From NCBI GenBank assembly GCA_038231135.1, contig JBBRLX010000008.1:64001-128000 (forward strand): a DNA stretch of 64,000 nt, in the 5' to 3' direction. Below, piece after piece: positions 1 through 10,067 of the stretch (the stretch's first letter is position 1; the number at the start of each line of letters is the position of its first letter). The notes under the pieces were generated by a model that saw only the letters and a list, made by a program, of their open reading frames with translations, was not told the origin of the DNA and made no database searches. The position numbers were made by a program, and so were the translations under genes. The stretch comes from Candidatus Eiseniibacteriota bacterium. Lineage in GTDB: Bacteria > Eisenbacteria > RBG-16-71-46.

Positions 1-366
1 GCGCGTGAGCGCGCGCGTGTCGATGTTGCAGATGCCGGGCACGCCGCGCTCCGCCAGCAGATCGCCGAGCCGGCCCTCCGAGCGGTAGTTGCTCGGAAAC
101 TCGCACAGCTCACGGCAGATCATGCCCTGCGCGCGCACCTGGTCGCTCTCCCAGTCCTCGGAGTTCACGCCATAGTTGCCGAGCAGGGGATAGGTGAACG
201 CCACGATCTGGCCGCAATAGGACGGATCGGTCAGCACCTCCTGGTAACCGGTCATCGAGGTGTTGAACACCACCTCGCCGGTCGTCTCGGCCGGCGCACC
301 GACGGACTCGCCGCGGAACACGCGGCCGTCCTCGAGCGCCAGGATCGCGGGCGGGCGGCGGATCAT
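1..366 (-). CDS. carA: Carbamoyl-phosphate synthase small subunit (N-terminal part; runs off the window start)
   Basis: Manual translation from ATG 366: [72 protein letters not shown] overlap with the pyrC stop. Not in the ORF track because it is truncated. Confidence 0.95.
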   Translation of the reverse strand, partial: MIRRPPAILALEDGRVFRGESVGAPAETTGEVVFNTSMTGYQEVLTDPSYCGQIVAFTYPLLGNYGVNSEDWESDQVRAQGMICRELCEFPSNYRSEGRLGDLLAERGVPGICNIDTRALTR

Positions 367-1742
367 CGGCCGCTGTCCGCGAACGACGGCTGCCCGGCGA
401 ACGCGCCGGACCTGGCACCGGCGGGCTCGACGCCCAGCGCCACCAGGTCGGGGTGGGCGTGCGTGACGCGTCCGGCGCACACCGTGGCGAACACCGCGCC
501 CTTCAGCCGCCAGCCGGCGAACGGGGTGTTGCGCCCCTGTGAATGAAACGTCTCAGGGTTCACGGTCCACTCCTCATCGGGCCGGATCAGTACGAGGTCG
601 GCCGGGGATCCCGCCGCCAGTTCCACGCGCGGCAGGCCAAACACGCGTCGCGGCGCGTCGGTCCACAGCTCGAGCGCGCGGACCCTCTCGATGTGCCCAG
701 GGCCGACGAGATGCGTGATCGTTTGAGCCAGCGCCGTCTCGAGCCCCACGATGCCGAACGGCGCCTGCTCGAACGGCAGGTCCTTGTCGGCCGCGCGGTG
801 CGGAGCATGGTCGGTGGCGAGGCAGTCGATCGTGCCGTCGGCGATCGCGTCGATCACCGCCCGGCGGTCGCGCTCGGTGCGCAGCGGCGGATTCATCTTG
901 GCCCGCGTGTCGGCCCGACCGTCCGAGACCACGGCCGCGTCGGTGAGCGTCCAGTAGTGCGGGCATGTCTCGCCCGACACCTTGAGCCCGCGCCGCTTGC
1001 CATCGCGCAGCGCGTCGAGCGATGGCGCGCACGACAGGTGCGCGAAGTGGACCCGGCCGCGCGTCAGCTCGGCGAGGTCGCAGTCGCGGCGCACCATCAC
1101 GCTCTCGGCGGCGTTCGGGATGCCGGCGATGCCGAGCCGCGTGGCCACGGCGCCTTCGTTCAGGTGCCCGTCGCCGCGCAGCGTCAGGTCCTCCTCGTGG
1201 ACGATCACCGGCAGCTTCGTCTGCGCCGCATACTCGAGCGCGCGGCGCATCACCGCCGCCGACATCACCGGCCGGCCATCGTCGCTGAACGCCGCCGCTC
1301 CGGCGTGCGCCAGCGCGACCATGTCGGTGAGCTGCTCGCCGTTCTGGCCCTGGGTGACGGCGGCGATCGGCAGCACCCGGCAGTGCCCCGCCGTCTCCGC
1401 GCGCCTAAGCACCCATTCGATCCACTCCGGCGTGTCGAGCACCGGCTCGGTGTTCGGCATACACAGCACGCTCGTGAATCCGCCGGCGGCGGCCGCGCGC
1501 GTGCCCGACTCGATCGTCTCGCGCGCCGACCCGCCCGGCTCCCGCAGATGCACGTGCACGTCGACCAACCCTGGCGCCAGCACGGCGCCCGCGGCGTCGA
1601 TCACCGTGGCCTCGGCGCCCGCGGGCGGCTCGATCGGCACGCCGCCGATCGCCACGATCACGCCGTCGGCGCACAGCGCCTCGACGTCGCGGCCGGTGCG
1701 CCAGTGGACCGCGTTGCGGATGCGCAGCATCGGGCCGCTCAC
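363..1742 (-). CDS. pyrC: Dihydroorotase (class I)
   Basis: [10 protein letters not shown] metal-binding motif, CMPNTEP, KMNPPLR, ATDHAPH; lies between pyrB and carA. Confidence 0.95.
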   Translation of the reverse strand: MSGPMLRIRNAVHWRTGRDVEALCADGVIVAIGGVPIEPPAGAEATVIDAAGAVLAPGLVDVHVHLREPGGSARETIESGTRAAAAGGFTSVLCMPNTEPVLDTPEWIEWVLRRAETAGHCRVLPIAAVTQGQNGEQLTDMVALAHAGAAAFSDDGRPVMSAAVMRRALEYAAQTKLPVIVHEEDLTLRGDGHLNEGAVATRLGIAGIPNAAESVMVRRDCDLAELTRGRVHFAHLSCAPSLDALRDGKRRGLKVSGETCPHYWTLTDAAVVSDGRADTRAKMNPPLRTERDRRAVIDAIADGTIDCLATDHAPHRAADKDLPFEQAPFGIVGLETALAQTITHLVGPGHIERVRALELWTDAPRRVFGLPRVELAAGSPADLVLIRPDEEWTVNPETFHSQGRNTPFAGWRLKGAVFATVCAGRVTHAHPDLVALGVEPAGARSGAFAGQPSFADSGR

Positions 1743-2818
1743 GACGCCTCCCCTGCGGACGCGTGCACGGCGCCCGGGGCGCCCGGCGCGCTACGGGTGC
1801 CCCGCGTCGCGCGCGCGCCGCCCGCGCCGCGGGCACGGGCGCAGCGCTCGAGCACGGCGCAGCGCACGGCGGCGCCGTTTTCGACCTGCTGCCAGATGCG
1901 CGAGTGCGGCCCGTCGACCACAGCGGACGTCACTTCGACGTCGCGGTTGAACGGCCCCGGGTGCAGTACCACGGCGCCCGGCTTCATGAGCCCGACGCGC
2001 GCGTCGTTCACGCCCCACATCCGCGCGTATTCGGCGGACGACGGCACGAGGCCCTGTCCCATGCGTTCGTGCTGGATGCGCAGCGCCATCACGCCGTCGG
2101 CGTCGCGCATTGCGTCGGCGGTGGTGGGCGCGACCCCGCAGCCCAGCGCCTCGACGTCCTGCGGCATCAGTGTGGCCGGACCCGCCACCGTGACCGACGC
2201 GCCCATCGCGCGCAGGCCGTGGATCGCGGAGCGCGCCACCCGCGAGTGCGCGATGTCGCCGACGATCGCGAGCCGCCGGCCCTCGAACCGCCCGTGCCAC
2301 GCGTCGCGCAGGGTGAGCAGATCGAGCAGGCCCTGGGTCGGGTGCTCGTGAGCGCCGTCGCCGGCATTCACCACTCCCGCATCGAGACGCGCGGCCAGCC
2401 ACGCCGCAGCCCCCGCCGAGCGATGACGCACCACCACGAGATCCACCCCCATCGACACCACGGTCCGAAGCGTGTCGTGCAGCGTCTCGCCCTTCGACAT
2501 CGACGAGCCCTGCGGAAACAACGTCACCGGCATCCCGCCCAACCGGCGGGCGGCCAACTCGAACGACACCCGCGTACGGGTCGAATCCTCGAAGAACGCC
2601 AGGCACACGGCGATGCCGCGCAACGCGTCCGACACGCTGCGCGCCCGGGCCGCGGCCCGGAATTCGACGGCGCGATCCAGCAGGCTCTCGAGGCTCGCGC
2701 GGCTCATGCCCTCGAGACCGAGCAGGTGCGGTCCGGACTCGCGAATCGACGGGATACGAAAAACCCCCGCGTCGGTGAACAAAGACGCCGGGGCGTTCCG
2801 AAGCGCAGATCGGCTCAT
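1739..2818 (-). CDS. pyrB: Aspartate carbamoyltransferase catalytic subunit
   Basis: FFEDSTRTRVSFE, NAGDGAHEHPTQGLLD, GDIAHSRVARS, HPGP motifs. Start placed at ATG 2818 after GGGGGAG; the upstream part of the 726-aa ORF is antisense to the DUF1684 gene. Confidence 0.93.
   Translation of the reverse strand: MSRSALRNAPASLFTDAGVFRIPSIRESGPHLLGLEGMSRASLESLLDRAVEFRAAARARSVSDALRGIAVCLAFFEDSTRTRVSFELAARRLGGMPVTLFPQGSSMSKGETLHDTLRTVVSMGVDLVVVRHRSAGAAAWLAARLDAGVVNAGDGAHEHPTQGLLDLLTLRDAWHGRFEGRRLAIVGDIAHSRVARSAIHGLRAMGASVTVAGPATLMPQDVEALGCGVAPTTADAMRDADGVMALRIQHERMGQGLVPSSAEYARMWGVNDARVGLMKPGAVVLHPGPFNRDVEVTSAVVDGPHSRIWQQVENGAAVRCAVLERCARARGAGGARATRGTRSAPGAPGAVHASAGEAS
2759..2793 (-). terminator. Intrinsic-terminator-like hairpin near the 5' end of pyrB
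   Basis: Minus strand CCCCGGCGTC-TTTGTTCACC-GACGCGGGGG-TTTTT (9 of 10 bp paired, then U5). Confidence 0.6.
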
Positions 2819-2827
2819 TCGACTCCC

Positions 2828-2860
2828 CCTTTTGCGGCCTCTCAGGGCCACGTTAAAAGG
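2828..2860 (-). promoter_or_regulatory. PyrR-binding RNA stem-loop
   Basis: Minus strand CCTTTTAACGTGGCCCTGAGAGGCCGCAAAAGG matches the CCUUUAA...CCNGNGAGG...AAGG PyrR-site pattern; directly upstream of pyrB, with pyrR about 2 kb away. Confidence 0.85.
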
Positions 2861-3001
2861 CACTCGCTCGGATGAAATCCACATCGAATCTATCGGACTT
2901 GGGACCCTGTTGGCAAGGAGATCGCGATCCGCGATAAAATATTGCCATCGCTGAACCTGACCCACCCCCATCCCCCACGGAAAGCCCCTATGATTCCCCA
3001 A

Positions 3002-3928
3002 ATGACCGGCATGCTCACCCTGCTCGCCCTGGCCGTCGCCGCCCCGCTCCACCCGGCCCACCCGGTCATCCTGACCGCGGTCGCCACGGACACGCTGCGC
3101 GCCGCGATCCTCAAGGATCGCGAGGACACCAGGGACTGGCTCAAGACCAAGCCCACCTCCTACCTGGCCACGGTCCAGCGGCGGGATTTCGGCGACCGGC
3201 AGACGCTCACCGTGGGCCGCGACGCCGGCAACGACGTGCGGATCGACGATCCCGTGTTCGCGGCGCGTGCGCTGCGGGTGACCGTCGTCGGGGACTCCTT
3301 CCACGTCGAGGCGGTGGACCCGGACGCCCGCTTCACGGCGAAGCGCGGCGCCACCACGGACACTCTGCGCGACGCGACGCTCCCGCCCAGCAACATCGGC
3401 GTGGACCGGTTCACGATCCGGCTGTCGCACCAGCGGTTCCCGGCGCTGATCGTGTTCGATCCCCAGAGCCCCGGATTCTCGCGCTACAAGGGCCTCGACT
3501 GGTTTCCGGTCGATTTCGCCTACCGCTACGAGCTGCCGCTCATCCCCAATGCCAGCGCCGACACCGTGATCATCATGTCGACGCGCGGCAACGCCCGCCG
3601 TGCGCTGCGCGTGGGCTGGTTCGACTTCACGGTCGCCGGCAAGCCGTGCCGGCTCGAGGCCAACCGGCTGCTCGAACCGGGCGTGGACGAGAAGAGCGTG
3701 AGCGTGTTCTTTCGCGACGCCACCACCGGCAAGCAGACCTACAGCGTCGGCCGCTACGTCGATCCCGAGCTGCTGCCGAGCGGCCTGTGGCTGCTGGATT
3801 TCAACAACGCCTACAACCCGGCGTGCGCGGTGTCGGATCATTACAATTGCCCGATTCCCCGCAAAACGAATACGCTGGCGGTGGCGGTCGAAGCTGGCGA
3901 GAAGGACATGCACTACCACGAGAAGTAG
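3002..3928 (+). CDS. DUF1684 family secreted protein
   Basis: Signal peptide; FRDATTGKQTYSVGRYVD and LDFNNAYNPACAVSDHYNCPIP motifs. Start is 3002 (7 nt after TATGAT) or 2990. Confidence 0.85.
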   Translation: MTGMLTLLALAVAAPLHPAHPVILTAVATDTLRAAILKDREDTRDWLKTKPTSYLATVQRRDFGDRQTLTVGRDAGNDVRIDDPVFAARALRVTVVGDSFHVEAVDPDARFTAKRGATTDTLRDATLPPSNIGVDRFTIRLSHQRFPALIVFDPQSPGFSRYKGLDWFPVDFAYRYELPLIPNASADTVIIMSTRGNARRALRVGWFDFTVAGKPCRLEANRLLEPGVDEKSVSVFFRDATTGKQTYSVGRYVDPELLPSGLWLLDFNNAYNPACAVSDHYNCPIPRKTNTLAVAVEAGEKDMHYHEK

Positions 3929-4000
3929 GTTCGTGCGGCCGCGGCGCCCGAAGCTCCGGTCGCGGCGCGAGTCATGTGGGAATCCGATGAGGTCGTCGAG

Positions 4001-4699
4001 ATGAGTCCAGCCAAGTCACGCACGGCGGCAGGCCGGCGGCGCACCGGAGATGTGCCGGTGGAGCCGCCCGAGACTCCCGCGACTCCGGATCCCGTGCGCC
4101 CGCGCCTGAGCATCGTTCCTCCGGCGCCCGCCGCCACCGGCGAGGAACCTGCCACCGAACGCCACGCGCGGATCGGTGACGACGCCGTGAAGGCCGCGAC
4201 CGGCCGCACGTGGAAGCAGTGGTTCAAGATCCTCGACGGCGAGGAGGCCGCCACCTGGTCGCATCGCCGGATCGCAAACTTCCTCTACCAGCAGCACGAG
4301 GTGCCGGGCTGGTGGGCGCAGATGGTGACGGTCGGGTTCGAGCAGGCGCGCGGCCTGCGTGCGCCGCACCAGACCGCGACCGGCTTCACCGCGAATCGGA
4401 GCGCCACGTTCGAGGCCCCGCTCGCCCGGCTGTACGAAGCGTGGGACGACCCCAAGGTGCGGGACCGGTGGCTCGACGAATCCGACATCGAGATCCGCAC
4501 GTCGACCCCGCAGAAATCGATGCGCATCACCTGGTCGGACGGCGCCACGCGCGTGGAGGTGAACTTCAACTCCAAGGGCGAGCAGCGCAGCATGGTGCAG
4601 GTCCAGCACCACAAGCTCGTCGACCACAACGCGCTCGAGCAGGCCAAGCGGTACTGGGAGGCGCGGCTCTCGAAGCTGAAGTCGATGCTCGAGAAGTGA
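4001..4699 (+). CDS. Hypothetical protein, DUF4287-like helical domain plus SRPBCC/START-like domain
   Basis: VKAATGRTWKQWF...GWWAQMVTV, then 'LYEAWDDPKVRDRW'. Start is 4001 or 3974. Confidence 0.65.
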   Translation: MSPAKSRTAAGRRRTGDVPVEPPETPATPDPVRPRLSIVPPAPAATGEEPATERHARIGDDAVKAATGRTWKQWFKILDGEEAATWSHRRIANFLYQQHEVPGWWAQMVTVGFEQARGLRAPHQTATGFTANRSATFEAPLARLYEAWDDPKVRDRWLDESDIEIRTSTPQKSMRITWSDGATRVEVNFNSKGEQRSMVQVQHHKLVDHNALEQAKRYWEARLSKLKSMLEK

Positions 4700-4759
4700 C
4701 CGGGCTCAATCGGATCTGCTACGCGCCCGCCGCCGGGATCGTGCTGAGCCGCGACGCCC

Positions 4760-5308
<549 letters not shown>

Positions 5309-5782
5309 CGATCCTCCCGGGATGTGTGCCGCCGCCGCGCAGGGCCATGGAACGAAGCTGCCTAAAGGGCGGGTGAGTCTCGGCTCTGACGGGGTCACGA
5401 TAAGCTGCCCGGCGCGCGTGGCGCAACAGGAGCGGCCGCGTCGGAGCGCGCGTGGCGGCTGGGCTACGCACCGCGGCACAACGGTGTCCGGAAGCGGCCG
5501 GCTAACGCACGTTGTCCGCGGACAGGACGGGACGAAAATCCGCGCGGCAACAGTGTGATACCCCGGTGTGGCGCCCCCGTCCCTGCTCTACCCCCGGCCC
5601 GCCAACTTCCCCGCGCGATCGGGGTATTGCGAATACCAGGATCAGGCTCCTGGGGGGTGCGGCGCCGGCCGGGGTGGTCACTGGCTCCGGAAGGCCCGCG
5701 CCCTTAAGCTGAATGAGACAGAGCCCCACCATCGGTCCCCGGCTCGTTCCGGGGGCCGTAGGCGCGTCGAGAGGAGATCCCC

Positions 5783-6751
5783 TTGAGGAATGTGCTTCGA
5801 GCAACGCTCGTGCTGGTCGTGCTGCTGACGGCGGCGGTCGCCGCTGCCGATCCCGTCGCGTTTGTGGTCGCGATGAAGGGCTCGGTCACCGTGACACCCG
5901 CGAAGGCCACGGTCGCGGTGAAGGCCTCACTCGGCAAGCCACTCGAGCGCGGCGACAAGGTGAAAGTCGGTCCCGGCGGCAGCGCGTCGTTGTTTTTCAG
6001 CGACGGCAACGTCGTCGAGCTCGGCGCCGGCAGCAGCATGACCGTGGGCGGCAAGCTCGCGTCCGTGGGAGCCGACGCCAAACGTGTGGGCCCCGGCTCG
6101 GACGCGTCGGCCGAGGTGTTCAGCCGCGTGTCGAAGTTCATCACCAGCAAGAACCGGCAGTCCGGCGTCGTCGCGCTGTCGCCCATGCGCGGCGGCGGAG
6201 ACGAGCCGTCGCCGATCGCAGTGTCGCCACGCCGCAGCGCGCTGCTCACCGGCAAGCCCGCGTTCGTATGGCGCACGGTGCCGCAGGCCACGCGCTATCA
6301 GGTCACCATCTCCGCCGACGAAGGTCAGGCGTGGACGCGCGAGGTATCGGATACGAGCCTCGCCTATCCCGCGGACGCAGCCGAGCTGGCCGCGGGAGCC
6401 GACTACGTGTGGCAGGTGCGGGCACTGTCGGACACCGGCCCATTGCGTGACGACGAGTCCACGTTCCATGTATTGTCCACAGGCGAAGCCGACCAGGTGC
6501 GCGAGCATCTCGGCGGCATCCAGCAGGCCGCGGGCGACTCCACGGCGGCGGGGTATTACCTCGCCGGCTCCTACCTAGTGGGACGCGGCCTCTACGTTGA
6601 CGCCGCGCACGAGTTTCAAGTGCTGACCCGGCTCGATCCCGCGTCGCCGGGCCCGCACGAAGCGCTGGGCAACGTGTATCGGACCGTGGGGCTGACAGGA
6701 CAGGCCGAGGCCGAAGAGGCTCGCGCCAAGAACCTGGGCGGCGGCAACTGA
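5783..6751 (+). CDS. Secreted protein: FecR-like N-terminal domain, DUF928/Ig-like middle, C-terminal TPR
   Basis: Signal peptide; LERGDKVKVGPGGSASLFFSDGNVVELG (FecR-like); TPR-like helices (HEALGNVYRTVG); SD GAGGAG before TTG. Confidence 0.6.
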   Translation: MRNVLRATLVLVVLLTAAVAAADPVAFVVAMKGSVTVTPAKATVAVKASLGKPLERGDKVKVGPGGSASLFFSDGNVVELGAGSSMTVGGKLASVGADAKRVGPGSDASAEVFSRVSKFITSKNRQSGVVALSPMRGGGDEPSPIAVSPRRSALLTGKPAFVWRTVPQATRYQVTISADEGQAWTREVSDTSLAYPADAAELAAGADYVWQVRALSDTGPLRDDESTFHVLSTGEADQVREHLGGIQQAAGDSTAAGYYLAGSYLVGRGLYVDAAHEFQVLTRLDPASPGPHEALGNVYRTVGLTGQAEAEEARAKNLGGGN

Positions 6752-6923
6752 CGACTGGCTGAGGGCGGCGCGGGGACTGCAACCGCGCGGCGGGCACCGA
6801 AGACGGACCGAGTGTGGCGTGGGGACAGGGCCCTGCGCTCCCGTCCATCCCCCCGGCGCTCACGCGTGTCCCGCTCGCCCCGGCCGGGCCTTCCACAGGC
6901 GGTGTGCTAGGCTCCGAACGCCG

Positions 6924-8633
6924 ATGGAGCCCACCCGCGTTTCCCATTTCGAGCTCATCCGCCGCATCGGTCGCGGCGGCATGGGCGAGGTCTACGAGGC
7001 GACGGACCTCAAGCTGCGCCGCCGGGTGGCAATCAAGTTCCTGTCCTCGGAACTCGCGCTCGACCCCGCAGCACTCACGCGCTTCGAGCGCGAGGCGCTG
7101 GCCGCCGCCGAGCTGAACCACCCGCACATCGCGACCGTGTACGCGTTCGAGCAGGACGGCGACCGGCCGTTCATCGCTATGGAGTTGCTCGCCGGCCCGA
7201 GCCTGCGCGACCACATCGCAGCGGGCACTCTGCCGGTTGCCGAGGCGCTCGCGATCGCGCGCGACGTGGCCGCGGCGCTCGCCTACGCGCACCGGCGCGG
7301 TACCAGCCATCGCGACATCAAGCCCGAAAATCTGATGTTCGACGAGCACGGCGAGATCAAGATCATGGACTTCGGCCTTGCGCGCGCGTCGATGGCGTCG
7401 AAGCTCACGGTGACCGGCACGAGCCTCGGCACACCCGCCTATATGTCGCCCGAAGCGCTGCGCGGCGAGACCGGCCCTGCGGGCGACGTGTTCGCGCTCG
7501 GCCTCGTGCTGTACGAGATGCTCGCCGGGCACCGCGCCTATCCCGGTGACAACGCCATGGCCGTGATGTTCGCGATCGCGAACGAAGCGCCGCCGCCGTT
7601 GCGCGGCGTCCGGCCGGAAGTGACGGACGAAGTCGAATCGCTGGTAACGCGGCTGCTGGCGAAGGACCCCGCGCAGCGGCTCGAAGCGGCGGCAGCCGCG
7701 AAGGAGTTGGGAGCGCTGACCGGCGTGTCGATGACGGAAGTGCGGGGGCTGGATGCGGCTTTGCGAACCGGCGCGGGCGCCGGCGCTCATTCGGGTGTCG
7801 CGGCATCGGGCCTGCAAACCGTGCCGATCCGCGTCGCCGCGTCTGGCCTGCGCACCGTGCCGATCGGCAATGCCGGGCTCGCGACGTCGAGCGGCGTGCC
7901 GGCGGCGGCGCTCACGGATGTCGCGATCCCGGTGGCAGGGCGCGCGCGGCCACGGCGCTGGATGAGGGTGGGCGTGGCGATCGCGCTGTTCATCCTGATC
8001 GGGGCGGCGGGGCTGGCGATGGTGTCGATGGCGTCCAGGCGGCGCGACCAGGCTCTGGTGATCGAGCAGCGTGGCGAGGCTGCGCGCAAGGCCGGCCATG
8101 GCACGACCGCACGGGCGCTGTTCGAACAAGCGGTCAAGCTGGACCCCGGCCAGGCCGCGGCGCTCATCTACCTCGGTCTATTTGCGATGGACGATCATCG
8201 TTTCGCGGTCGCCGAATCGCTGTTCAACGCTGTGATCGACCATCACCCCAAGGATCCGCAGGTCCTGGCGGGAGCGTTTTATAACCGCGGCGACTGCCGT
8301 CTCGAGACGGATCAGTACGCGGCCGCCGTCGAAGACTTGCGATCGGCGATTGCGCTCGATTCGTCGACCTCCAATGTGTACAACAACCTGGGCTTCGCCC
8401 TGATTCAGAACGGCCAGCCCGACGAAGCGCTCACCGTGGTGAAGCGCGGCATCGCGCGCTTCCCCGGCGAGAAGTACCTGTTCAAGACCGCGGGGCAGGC
8501 CGCGATCCAGCTCGGGGATCCCGCGCAGGCCCTCACGTACCTCGATCACGCGCTGAAGATCGACCCCCATTTCTCGCAGGCCGATTCGCTGCGCGGGCGC
8601 GCGATCGCACTCGTCGCGCCGGGCGGGCAATGA
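6924..8633 (+). CDS. Hanks-type Ser/Thr protein kinase with one TM helix and extracytoplasmic TPR repeats
   Basis: IGRGGMGEVY, VAIK, HRDIKPEN, DFGLA, GTPAYMSPE; TM VGVAIALFILIGAAGLAMV; TPRs (YNNLGFALIQNG). Confidence 0.93.
   Translation: MEPTRVSHFELIRRIGRGGMGEVYEATDLKLRRRVAIKFLSSELALDPAALTRFEREALAAAELNHPHIATVYAFEQDGDRPFIAMELLAGPSLRDHIAAGTLPVAEALAIARDVAAALAYAHRRGTSHRDIKPENLMFDEHGEIKIMDFGLARASMASKLTVTGTSLGTPAYMSPEALRGETGPAGDVFALGLVLYEMLAGHRAYPGDNAMAVMFAIANEAPPPLRGVRPEVTDEVESLVTRLLAKDPAQRLEAAAAAKELGALTGVSMTEVRGLDAALRTGAGAGAHSGVAASGLQTVPIRVAASGLRTVPIGNAGLATSSGVPAAALTDVAIPVAGRARPRRWMRVGVAIALFILIGAAGLAMVSMASRRRDQALVIEQRGEAARKAGHGTTARALFEQAVKLDPGQAAALIYLGLFAMDDHRFAVAESLFNAVIDHHPKDPQVLAGAFYNRGDCRLETDQYAAAVEDLRSAIALDSSTSNVYNNLGFALIQNGQPDEALTVVKRGIARFPGEKYLFKTAGQAAIQLGDPAQALTYLDHALKIDPHFSQADSLRGRAIALVAPGGQ
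7797..7868 (+). repeat. In-frame 2 x 36 bp tandem duplication (VAASGL[Q/R]TVPI[R/G]) in the kinase juxtamembrane linker
   Basis: VAASGLQTVPIR VAASGLRTVPIG seen in the translation. Confidence 0.85.
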
Positions 8634-9985
8634 TGCCGTTTCCCGAGGGCTTCCTGTGGGGCGCCGCGACCGCGGCGTATCAGATCGAAGGCTCGCCGCT
8701 CGCCGACGGCGCCGGTTCCAACATCTGGCACCGGTTCTCGCATACCCCCGGCCGCGTGGCGAACGGCGACACCGGCGACGTGGCGTGCGATCACTACCGC
8801 CGCTGGGCCGAGGACATCGAGTGGGTGACGCGCCTCGGGCTGCGCTCCTATCGCCTGAGCATGGCGTGGGCGCGCGTGCTGCCCGACGGCCGCGGCCGCG
8901 TGAATCCCGCCGGCATCGACTTCTACTCGCGGCTCGTCGACGCGCTGCTCGCGAGCGGCATCCAGCCGTTGATCACGCTCTATCACTGGGACCTGCCGAG
9001 TGCCGTCGACGACCGCGGCGGCTGGCTGAATCCCGACGTCGCCCACTGGTTCGCCGACTACGCCGACGTCGCGTTCCGCGCACTCGGCGACCGCGTGCCC
9101 ATGTGGGCCACGCTCAACGAGCCGTGGGTGGTCGTCGACGGCGGCTACCTCTATGGCGTCCACGCCCCCGGCCACCGCAATCTGTACGAGGCGCCGATCG
9201 CGGCGCACAACCTGATGCGCGCGCACGGCGCCGCGGTGCAGCGCTATCGCGCCGGGGGCTGGCAGCATCGCATCGGTTACGTCGTGAACCTCGAGCCCAA
9301 GGACCCGGCGAGCGAGTCGGTGGAGGATGTCGCCGCGTGCGCGCGCTCGGACGCGTACATGAACCGCCAGTATCTCGATCCCGTATTCCTCGGCCGCCCC
9401 ACCGAGAATCTGCGTGAGATCTTCGGTGACGCGTGGGTTGAGTTCCCCGCGGCCGACTACGAATTGATCCGGCAGCCGATCGACTTTCTGGGGGTGAACT
9501 ACTACACGCGCGGCGTGATGCAGCACGACGCCACAATGTGGCCCATGCACGCGAGCAAGGCGCCGCAGCCCGGACTCCACACCGAGACGAACTGGGAGGT
9601 CTACCCCGAGGGCCTCACGCGCGCGCTGTGTTTCGTGAAGGAACGGTACGGGGACATTCCGCTGTACGTCACCGAGAACGGCGCCGCGTTTCCGGACCCG
9701 CCGACCGTTGCGGGCGAGTTACTGGAGGATCCCCTGCGGGTCGCGTACTACCGCGACCACCTGAACGCCGCGCTCGAAGCGATCCGCCGCGGCGTGAACC
9801 TGCGCGGCTACTACGCGTGGTCGCTGCTCGACAATTTCGAATGGGCGAGCGGGTTTTCGAAGCGGTTCGGGTTGCTGCACGTCGACTATGCGACGCAGAA
9901 GCGGATGCTGAAGGCGAGCGGAGAGTTTTACGCGAGGGTTGTGCGCTCGAATGGCGCCGAGCTGGCGACCCTGGGGTTGTCCTGA
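8630..9985 (+). CDS. GH1 beta-glucosidase (cytoplasmic)
   Basis: FLWGAATAAYQIEG, TLNEP acid/base, YVTENG nucleophile, WSLLDNFEW; overlaps the kinase stop (ATGA). Confidence 0.95.
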   Translation: MMPFPEGFLWGAATAAYQIEGSPLADGAGSNIWHRFSHTPGRVANGDTGDVACDHYRRWAEDIEWVTRLGLRSYRLSMAWARVLPDGRGRVNPAGIDFYSRLVDALLASGIQPLITLYHWDLPSAVDDRGGWLNPDVAHWFADYADVAFRALGDRVPMWATLNEPWVVVDGGYLYGVHAPGHRNLYEAPIAAHNLMRAHGAAVQRYRAGGWQHRIGYVVNLEPKDPASESVEDVAACARSDAYMNRQYLDPVFLGRPTENLREIFGDAWVEFPAADYELIRQPIDFLGVNYYTRGVMQHDATMWPMHASKAPQPGLHTETNWEVYPEGLTRALCFVKERYGDIPLYVTENGAAFPDPPTVAGELLEDPLRVAYYRDHLNAALEAIRRGVNLRGYYAWSLLDNFEWASGFSKRFGLLHVDYATQKRMLKASGEFYARVVRSNGAELATLGLS

Positions 9986-10067
9986 CCTCATCCGGAGCAG
10001 CAAGAAAGGCTCTCGGCTAGGTTGCCAAGAGCCCATCTCCCAAGAACGACATCGCACGGCGAAGTTC

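Noticed and set aside
2819..3919. Apparent N-terminal fusion on PyrB (726-aa ORF)
   Set aside because: The extension is the antisense of the DUF1684 gene and crosses the PyrR box; a good SD and ATG exist at 2818.
5310..5480. Possible second PyrR box upstream of pyrR (CCTTTAG...GCCCTGCGCGG)
   Set aside because: Lacks the GAGAGG loop and the closing AAGG stem; too degenerate to call.
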